Made by a program: the position numbers and the translations under genes. Of a stretch of 64,000 nt of DNA, positions 13,856 through 23,019 are shown in pieces. How positions within the stretch are numbered: position 1 is the first letter of the stretch; each line of letters begins with the position of its first letter. Origin of the DNA: Eledone cirrhosa (Eukaryota); assembly GCA_964016885.1 (NCBI GenBank), contig OZ024740.1, positions 159,774,001 through 159,838,000 on the forward strand, written 5' to 3'. The notes under the pieces were generated by a model. It ran no database searches and was not told the origin of the DNA. It saw only the letters and a list, made by a program, of their open reading frames with translations.

Positions 13856-14376
13856 GACTGGAGTATGTATGTATATATGTGTGTGTCTATACGTGTGTAT
13901 ATAAAGATAAGTTGAGTATGAAAATGTATACACATGAATGCGTATGTATGTACATGTATATATGTATATATATGTATATATATATGTGCATGTGTATATG
14001 TATGTAAGTATGAGCATGTAAGTATGTGTATGTGAGTATATGTATTTTGTAGAGGTGTGCATATATGTTTGTGTGTGAATGCGTGGGCGAAAGGATACGT
14101 ACAATTGAAAGTAAAATTTAAGTCTGAATGTTAATTAAGTGCAAACACAAAACCAACCAATCATATCTATACTATCTCTAATCCTTCTATAGATTTAGAA
14201 AAATAACCAATAATATATTCTATAAAAATGTCAAAACAACAGATGGGAATCTAATTACTCACTGCCACCAAAAATTCTCACTGCCATCAAAAAACCACTC
14301 CCTCAACTATTCTTCTAACAACTTCACCCCTCCCTCCTAATATTCTCTATAAAAACCAAACAGGTCCTCAGTAAAA

Positions 14377-14497
14377 TTATTCTGATGAAATGACAATTGA
14401 TAATAACATTGAAATATTGAATGTCTGCATAACTAATACTTTGTAGATAGCAGCTATTTTCAGGTTATGTAACTGTTATTGAAACACGTGTCAATAA
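14377..14497 (+). ncRNA. Hammerhead ribozyme with extended stem II (right arm)
   Basis: CTGATGA at 14382, aatgaca/tgttatt stem II, GAAACACGTGTC at 14481-14492, stem I ttatt/aataa. Confidence 0.72.
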
Positions 14498-14531
14498 ATT
14501 CCTTTTAACTAAACTGTATCTATTTAAATCC

Positions 14532-14632
<101 letters not shown>

Positions 14633-14752
14633 ATATGTATGTATTATATTATATATATATGTATGTATTATATTATATATATATGTATGTATGTATTATA
14701 TTATATATATATATTATAGTATATATATATAAAAATATATATATATATATAT

Positions 14753-14857
<105 letters not shown>

Positions 14858-14941
14858 GCAAAAGTTCGATTTAAATTGTTGGGATACAACAAGCAAATAT
14901 TTTTATAACTGATATAAATCACTTGACAAGTATTTGGAGTA

Positions 14942-15455
14942 AATATACGATATTAACAAATGGAAACTATATTTATATAACCATATCTATTTTATTATAC
15001 ATATTTCAAGGATACCATGTTAAATTATGGTATGCTTTCATCAGACAAAATACAATATATACCAGTTTTATAAATAAATTTTGACATACCCTTTCAAAAT
15101 GCAACCGTTACTTTTGGAAGACATCGGGGATATTGGATTTGTTTATCTTAGTAAGTCATTGTGTTACGGAGAAGGAAAGAAGTGGAGAAAGAAAGGGTTT
15201 TTCTCTCTCTCCGTCTTTTTTCCTTCTCCGTAACACAATGACTTACTAAGATAAACAAATCCAATATCCCTGATGTCTTCCAAAAGTAACGGTTGCATTT
15301 TGAAAGGGTATGTCAAAATTTGTTTGTAAAACTAGTATATATTGTATTTTGTCTGATGAAAGCATACCATAATTTAACATGGTATCCTTGAAATATGTAT
15401 AATAAAATAGATATGGTTTTATAAATATAGTTTCCATTTGTTAATATCGTATATT
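14942..15455. repeat. ~514-bp fold-back palindrome, Penelope-like pLTR-derived
   Basis: Arms of ~250 bp are reverse-complementary about ~15198; each arm carries a hammerhead core. Confidence 0.85.
15346..15408 (+). ncRNA. Minimal hammerhead ribozyme (mirror copy at 14990-15050 on the minus strand)
   Basis: ttttgt-CTGATGA-aagcataccat aatttaac atggtatcctt-GAAA-T atgt A-TA-ataaaa. Confidence 0.65.
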
Positions 15456-15459
15456 ATAT

Positions 15460-18400
15460 TCATCATCATCATCATCATCACCGTTTTACGTCCGTTCTTC
15501 CACGCTAGCATGGGTTAGACGGGTTGTCCTGTTGTGGGCAGTGTCTGGTCGGCTGACCATGCCTTGCTCATACAGGAACTGATCTGGCTTGATTTCTACA
15601 GCTGGATGCCCTTCCTAACACCAACCTCATTTACAGTGAGTGCTGGGTGCTTTTTCGTGGCGCCTACACGTCCACTTTACAGTGTGGGCTGGGTGCTTTT
15701 TTGCCGTGGCACCTCCACGACCACCTTGCGGTGGGGGGGGGGGGGCATATTGTTTATATGCTTCAGCATGTACCCATGGGAGGTCGGGTACCCTGTATTA
15801 CTGCGTGACGCCAGAAGTCACGGTCGTGTGTCATTGACTTTGAGAGGTGTAGTTGGGTAAGGTCGGCTTTTATCACCTCATCTCAAGTCATCTTGGGTCT
15901 CCCCACTCCGCGGTTTCCATCAACTTCTAGTGCTCTGCACCTTTTTATGCAGCTGTCATCCTTCATACGCGTCACATGTCCATACCAGCGTAACCGCCTC
16001 TCCTGCACGCAGCATTTGATTCCTCTTATGCTCAGTCTCTCTCTCAATTCCTTTATGCTTTGTCGTTCACGTATATTACTGTTACACATCCATCGGAGCA
16101 TGCAGGCTTCGTTTCTCTCTAATCTACGTAAGTCTTCCACCTTCAGCGCCCAGGTCTCACTACCATGCAACATCGCTGTTCGGATACACGCATCATACAG
16201 TCTGCCTTTCATTCTGAGGGAGAAGCCTTTTGCAGCTAGCAGTGGTAGTAGTTCCCTAAACTTCTTCCATCCCGTTCTTACCCTAGTTATTGTACTTTCT
16301 GAGCACCCACCTCCGTTGCTAATTCGGTCACCTAGGTAGCAGAAGCTGTCTACTGTTTCTACAGGGCCCTCCCAGAGATTGGTGGTACTTGTTTCCTGTG
16401 GCTGTTTGCTTGCTGTTTCAGCACAGCTGCTGCATGTGAATCCTACATTCTTAATTAAGCTTCCTGAGATCCCGCTACATCTCTTGTGTACCCATTGTTT
16501 GCATTTGGGGCAGAGAATGGAGTTCCTACCTACACCTTTCCTACATACTGAGCAAGGCCATTTCCCTGAGGGGATCTGAGTTCTGTTTTCTCGTCTACTT
16601 ATAAGGACCTTAGTCTTTGTCATGTTGACTTTGAGGCCCTTTCTCTCTAGTCCCTGCTTCCAGGTTTGGAATTTATTCTCTAGTTCTACCATAGATTCAG
16701 CTATGAGTGCGAGGTCATCAGCATACAGGAGTTCCCATGGGCATCCGGTCTTAAACTCCTCCGTTATTGCCTGCAGGACTATGATGAACAGGAGAGGGCT
16801 AAGAACAGAGCCCTGGTGGACCCCAACCTGTACGCTAAATTCCTCGCTATACTCATTGCCAATCCTAACTTTGCTGACTGCTCCCCTATACATGGCTTGT
16901 ACCGCTTTCACAAGCCATTCATCTACTCCTAGTTTTCTAAGAGCCCACCAGATTACTGCACGTGGAACTCTGTCAAAGGCTTTCTCAAGGTCGACAAATG
17001 CCAAGTAGAGTGGCTTACTTTTAGCTAGGTACTTTTCCTGTAATTGCCTCACAAGGAAGAGGGCATCAGTGGTGCCTTTCCCTGGTACAAACCCAAATTG
17101 CATCTCGTCTATATTCACCCGGTCCCTAATCAGCTGTGCTATAACTCTTTCTGTTACTTTCATGACCTGGTCCATCAACTTTAATACCTCTATAGTTTCC
17201 TCTATCTAGTGCATCGCCTTTACCTTTGTAGCAGTTGACAATGATGCTACTGCACCAATCTTTTGGTATGGCCCCCTCTAGTATTACCTGGTTAACGATA
17301 CGTGTGGTTATAGTGTGACCTACAGACCCAGATGCCTTCAGCATCTCGGCAGCTATACCCGATGGACCGGTTGCCTTCCCTATCTTCATATCTCTGATTG
17401 CCTTACTTACTACGCTGCCGCTGACTTGTACTGCTGGTCCCTCTATAGGGTCTACGTGGGGTAGGGTCTCTTCTTCCCATGCATTCTCCTCATTTAGTAA
17501 TCTATCATAATGACTCTTCCATGCATCTTTCTTCTCAGCACTTGTGAGGGCAAGCTCACCTTTATCATTCCGGATACACTTCTCTCCAATGACATCACAA
17601 CTATCTCTGACACACTGCCTCGCAATCTTGAATACCTCCTGTTTCTGGTCCTCACGTTGTAAAACATGCTTGAATTTTCTATCCTCTGCTTCCCTCCTAG
17701 CTAAGTATACTTGTCGCCTAGCTTCCCTCGTGGTCTCTATGTAATGTACCCTGCTCCCCCCGTTCTTCCATTCTTTCCATGCCTGTCTCTTGGCCTTGAC
17801 TGCTTCATCTACCTTATTGTTCCACCACCAAGTCACTCTCCTCCTGCTTGAGGTCTTACTCCAGCCACAAACCTCATCCGTCGCCTCTAGTAAGTTATTT
17901 TTTAGGAACTCCCAGTTCTCTTCTACGTTAAATGTCTCTATCTGTTCTTCTTTACTGTCGTAGGCGTTGAGTAAAATATCTTTAAATCTGTTACTGGTTG
18001 AGGGGACTTTCAGCTTCCAGATCTTTCTTCTCCAGGTTGGCCTCTGTTTCAGGGCTCGTCTAGTTCTGACCGTGAGGTCGCTGACAACTAAGCTATGTAG
18101 GGATGTACATTCCTCACTAGGGAAGGCTTTTGTGTTTTCGACCGTCCATCTGTCACGTCCTCTGATGAGGATAAAATCTAACTGACTAGAGTGCTCCCCT
18201 GATCTATAGGTGATCAGGTGGTTGTCGGGTTTTTTAAAGTTTGTGTTACGTATCGACATGTCATTGGCGTCGCAGAATTCTAGAAGTCTGAATCCTTCCT
18301 CATTCCTTGTGCCAACTCCATGGCCTCCATGTACTCTATTGAAGCCGTCGCAGTGTTTACCTACGTGTCCGTTAAAATCTCCTGCAATGATTAGGAAGTC

Positions 18401-21400
18401 CTTGTCGTCTGTTAGAGCAGTAGTGTGTATTAGGGACTCGTAAAACCTATCCTTAAGTTCGTCTGGCAGCCCCGATTGGGGTGCGTAAGCTGATATTATT
18501 GTGGTAATTGTCTTATTCAGGACTAGTCTGAGTTTAATGATTCTTGCATTTACCCTGTACACTGAGATTACTTTATCTACCCACTTGTCAGCTAATAGTA
18601 TACCTACACCACCCATCCCATCGTCATTTCCCACCCAGAAAAATTTGTAGCACTGGCTTTTTCCTACAAGTACTCTAGCAGACCCTCCTCTCCATCTAGT
18701 CTCTTGCACACAGCATACATCAACTTCCTTTCGCTCTAGCATTTCTACGATTTCTCCTGCTCTTCCTTTCATTGAGCCTACATTGATGGTACCAACTCGG
18801 AGTTTTGGGCATTTGTCGACACTCGTAGGGGAGGGTCTCTGGGTTGGCGCTTCACGTGGGTGCTTGGTAGCTCGCAGATTCATATTTCATCTATTGATTC
18901 AGAGTTGCTCGTGTATTCCCAGCTCATCCATCCATAACGGTGGGAAAATTGAGGGCTAGAAGAACAGTGGTGGGGGGGTAATGGCAGGGTGTGTTGGGAT
19001 GCGCCAGAGGAGGAGAGAGTTAGTTAGGCAGGTAGTAGCAGCAGCAGTGGAAATGGCATGCTAGGTTTGATTGGTCGAATAGACTATGGTGGTGTGTGGG
19101 GGTGGGGGGGAGGGAAATTGTGAGGTAGGAACTGAGGGTCGCATGGTAAATATCCAAGTTAATACTACATCAGTAAAATTAACAATAATAACGTCATGAA
19201 AAAACTACTAAGAGAAACCCTCGAAAATTTATCGCTAATACAGAAGGGAAAATTTAACGCTAATACAGCAGGGAACATCATAATATTAACGACAATATGT
19301 AGGCTAAAATACCTTCGTAGATTAGATGGATGGCTGGAAAAATTGGAATCAGCTCTAGTGATACATTTTAGCAGAGAAGAATGGGAAAGTGTCTTATCTC
19401 TTCAATATTTTCAGATTGAATGAATTAGGTTAAAGACAGGGTAGTAAGCCTTAAAGAAGTGCATAGAGAGGGGGGGGGGGGTTAGGAACTGAGGGTCGCA
19501 TGGTAAATAACTGAGAGAGATACAATAGGATTAGAATACCGCATGGTAAATATCCAAGTTAATAAGTTAATACTACATCAGTAAAATTAACAATAATAAC
19601 GTCATGAAAAAACTACTAAGAGAAACCCTCGAAAATTTATCGCTAATACAGCAGGGAAAATTTAACGCTAATACAGCAGGGAACATCATAATATTAACGA
19701 CAATATGTAGGCTAAAATACCTTCGTAGATTAGATGGATGGCTGGAAAAATTGGAATCAGCTCTAGTGATACATTTTAGCAGAGAAGAATGGGAAAGTGT
19801 CTTATCTCTTCAATAATTTCAGATTGAATGAATTAGGTTAAAGACAGGGTAGTAAGCCTTAAAGAAGTGCATAGAGAGGGGGGGGTAGGAACTGAGGGTC
19901 GCATGGTAAATAACTGAGAGAGATACAATAGGATTAGAATACCGCATGGTAAATATCCAAGTTAATAAGTTAATACTACATCAGTAAAATTAACAATAAT
20001 AACGTCATGAAAAAACTACTAAGAGAAACCCTCGAAAATTTATCGCTAATACAGAAGGGAAAATTTAACGCTAATACAGCAGGGAACATCATAATATTAA
20101 CGACAATATGTAGGCTAAAATACCTTCGTAGATTAGATGGATGGCTGGAAAAATTGGAATCAGCTCTAGTGACACATTTTAGCAGAGAAGAATGGGAAAG
20201 TGTCTTATCTCTTCAATATTTTCAGATTGAATGAATTAGGTTAAAGACAGGGTAGTAAGCCTTAAAGAAGTGCATAGAGAGGGGGGGGGGGTTAGGAACT
20301 GAGGGTCGCATGGTAAATAACTGAGAGAGATACAATAGGATTAGAATACCGCATGGTAAATATCCAAGTTAATAAGTTAATACTACATCAGTAAAATTAA
20401 CAATAATAACGTCATGAAAAAACTACTAAGAGAAACCCTCGAAAATTTATCGCTAATACAGCAGGGAAAATTTAATGCTAATACAGCAGGGAACATCATA
20501 ATATTAACGACAATATGTAGGCTAAAATACCTTCGTAGATTAGATGGATGGCTGGAAAAATTGGAATCAGCTCTAGTGATACAATTTAGCAGAGAAGAAT
20601 GGGAAAGTGTCTTATCTCTTCAATATTTTCAGATTGAATGAATTAGGTTAAAGACAGGGTAGTAAGCCTTAAAGAAGTGCATAGAGAGGGGGGGTAGGAA
20701 CTGAGGGTCGCATGGTAAATAACTGAGAGAGATACAATAGGATTAGAATACCGCATGGTAAATATCCAAGTTAATAAGTTAATACTACATCAGTAAAATT
20801 AACAATAATAACGTCATGAAAAAACTACTAAGAGAAACCCTCGAAAATTTATCGCTAATACAGAAGGGAAAATTTAACGCTAATACAGCAGGGAACATCA
20901 TAATATTAACGACAATATGTAGGCTAAAATACCTTCGTAGATTAGATGGATGGCTGGAAAAATTGGAATCAGCTCTAGTGATACATTTTAGCAGAGAAGA
21001 ATGGGAAAGTGTCTTATCTCTTCAATATTTTCAGATTGAATGAATTAGGTTAAAGACAGGCTAGTAAGCCTTAAAGAAGTGCATAGAGAGGGGGGGGGGT
21101 AGGAACTGAGGGTCGCATGGTAAATAACTGAGAGAGATACAATAGGATTAGAATACCGCATGATAAATATCCAAGTTAATAAGTTAATACTACATCAGTA
21201 AAATTAACAATAATAACGTCATGAAAAAACTACTAAGAGAAACCCTCGAAAATTTATCGCTAATACAGCAGGGAAAATTTAACGCTAATACAGCAGGGAA
21301 CATCATAATATTAACGACAATATGTAGGCTAAAATACCTTCGTAGATTAGATGGATGGCTGGAAAAATTGGAATCAGCTCTAGTGATACAATTTAGCAGA

Positions 21401-21456
21401 GAAGAATGGGAAAGTGTCTTATCTCTTCAATATTTTCAGATTGAATGAATTAGGTT
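15460..21456 (-). mobile_element. Full-length RTE LINE (subfamily B) including a 5' tandem monomer array
   Basis: APE+RT ORFs, 3'UTR with (ATG)n tail at ~15460, 5'UTR continuous with the array; possible low-complexity TSD tatattatat at 15450-15459 and 21456-21465. Confidence 0.85.
15883..18883 (-). pseudogene. RTE ORF (AP endonuclease + reverse transcriptase + PHD-like finger) split by one frameshift at ~17180
   Basis: GTINVG, VQETRW, SAYAPQ, GDFNGHVG, QLDFIL in ORF 17126-18883; QFGF, DLEKAFD, QGSVLSP, YADD, YLG in ORF 15883-17178. Confidence 0.93.
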
Positions 21457-21457
21457 A
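19125..21457. repeat. Head-to-tail array of ~6 near-identical 402-408-bp monomers
   Basis: The same 75-aa ORF starts at 19196, 19604, 20007, 20414, 20816 and 21221; units are separated by variable G-runs. Confidence 0.97.
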
Positions 21458-21485
21458 TATTATATATATATATAATATAATACAT

Positions 21486-21631
<146 letters not shown>

Positions 21632-21665
21632 CATACATATATATATAATACATACATATGTATAT

Positions 21666-21920
21666 GGAGGCACATGGCTTAGTGGTTAGAGCATTGGCCT
21701 TGCGATCAAAAGGTTGTGAGTTCAATTCTCAGACCGGGTCATTCCTCTGCAAAGTGGTCGTGTAGGTTCCATGGAAAAAAACCACCCAGCACTCACTGTA
21801 AATGAGGTTGGTGTTAGGAAGGGCATCCAGCTGTAGAAATCAAACCAGAATCAGTTCCCGTCGCACCCTTGCAAGCAGGGAAAAGCAGACGTAAAATGAA
21901 ATGATAATGATGAAATGATA
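21666..21920 (+). mobile_element. SINE family 2, internally deleted
   Basis: tRNA-like head ggcttagtggttagagc...gagttcaattc joined to RTE 3'UTR sequence and a subfamily-C tail. Confidence 0.78.
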
Positions 21921-22557
21921 ATAATATATATGTATCTATAATATAATATATAAATATAATATATATATATATATATAATATAATATATAAATATAATATA
22001 TATATATATATATAATACAATATATATATATTATATTATATATATATATTATATTATATATATATATATTATATTATATTATATATATATTATATTATAT
22101 ATATATATATATTATATTATATATATATATATCATATTATATATATATATGTATTATATTATATTATATTATATATATATGTATGTATTATAATATATAT
22201 ATATGTATTATATTATATATATATATATATGTATTATATTATATATATATATATATATATGTATTATATTATATATATATATATATGTATTATATTATAT
22301 ATATGTATGTATTATATTATAAGGATTAAAATACTGGCGCGTGTTGGAGTTAAACACCCTCTTCGTATTATAGAAATGACAGTAAAAGGTATAGCTCAGT
22401 GTAATTAAACAGAGCCGAAGAATTATGAAAGTATAAATGTATTATATTATATATATGTATTATACTATATATATATATATGTATTATATTATATATATAT
22501 ATATATATATGTGTATGTATTATATTATATATATATATATGTATTATATTATATATG

Positions 22558-22742
22558 GGGATTTGGCAGTATCAGTAGAAGATTGGACGCCATGCTTTCC
22601 AGCATAGTTACGTCCCTTTACGGTCTAAGTTCAAATCCCGCCAAGGTTAACTTTGCCTTTCATCCTTACGGGATAGTTAAAATAAAGTACCAGTAATGCA
22701 ATGGGTAATTTGCTGGCCTTGTTCCAAAAGTAGAAACAATTA
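22558..22742 (+). mobile_element. SINE family 1
   Basis: Matches the 8170-8355 copy. Confidence 0.8.
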
Positions 22743-23019
22743 TATATATATATATTTATATATATATATATATATATATATGTATTATGTTATATATATA
22801 TATATATATTATATTATATATATATGTATTATATTATATATATATATATATATCTATTATATTATATATATATATATGTATTATATTATATATATAAATA
22901 TGTATTATATTATATATATAAATATATGTATTATATTATATAAATATATGTATTATATTATATATATATATGTATTATATTATATATAAATATATGTGTT
23001 ATATTATATATATATATTT

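Noticed and set aside
15893-17008. Antisense ORFs over RTE coding regions
   Set aside because: Shadow frames of the RT ORF recurring in every copy, with no independent evidence
17170-17190. Programmed frameshift between the APE and RT ORFs
   Set aside because: A single extra base in a short homopolymer; the subfamily A ORF is continuous here, so a mutation or sequencing error is more likely
19125-21457. CRISPR-like array or hammerhead retrozyme array
   Set aside because: Units are contiguous with no unique spacers and there are no cas genes; I found no CTGANGA...GAAA core on either strand
21666-21740. tRNA gene
   Set aside because: A/B boxes belong to a SINE head continuing into a LINE-derived tail; no complete cloverleaf
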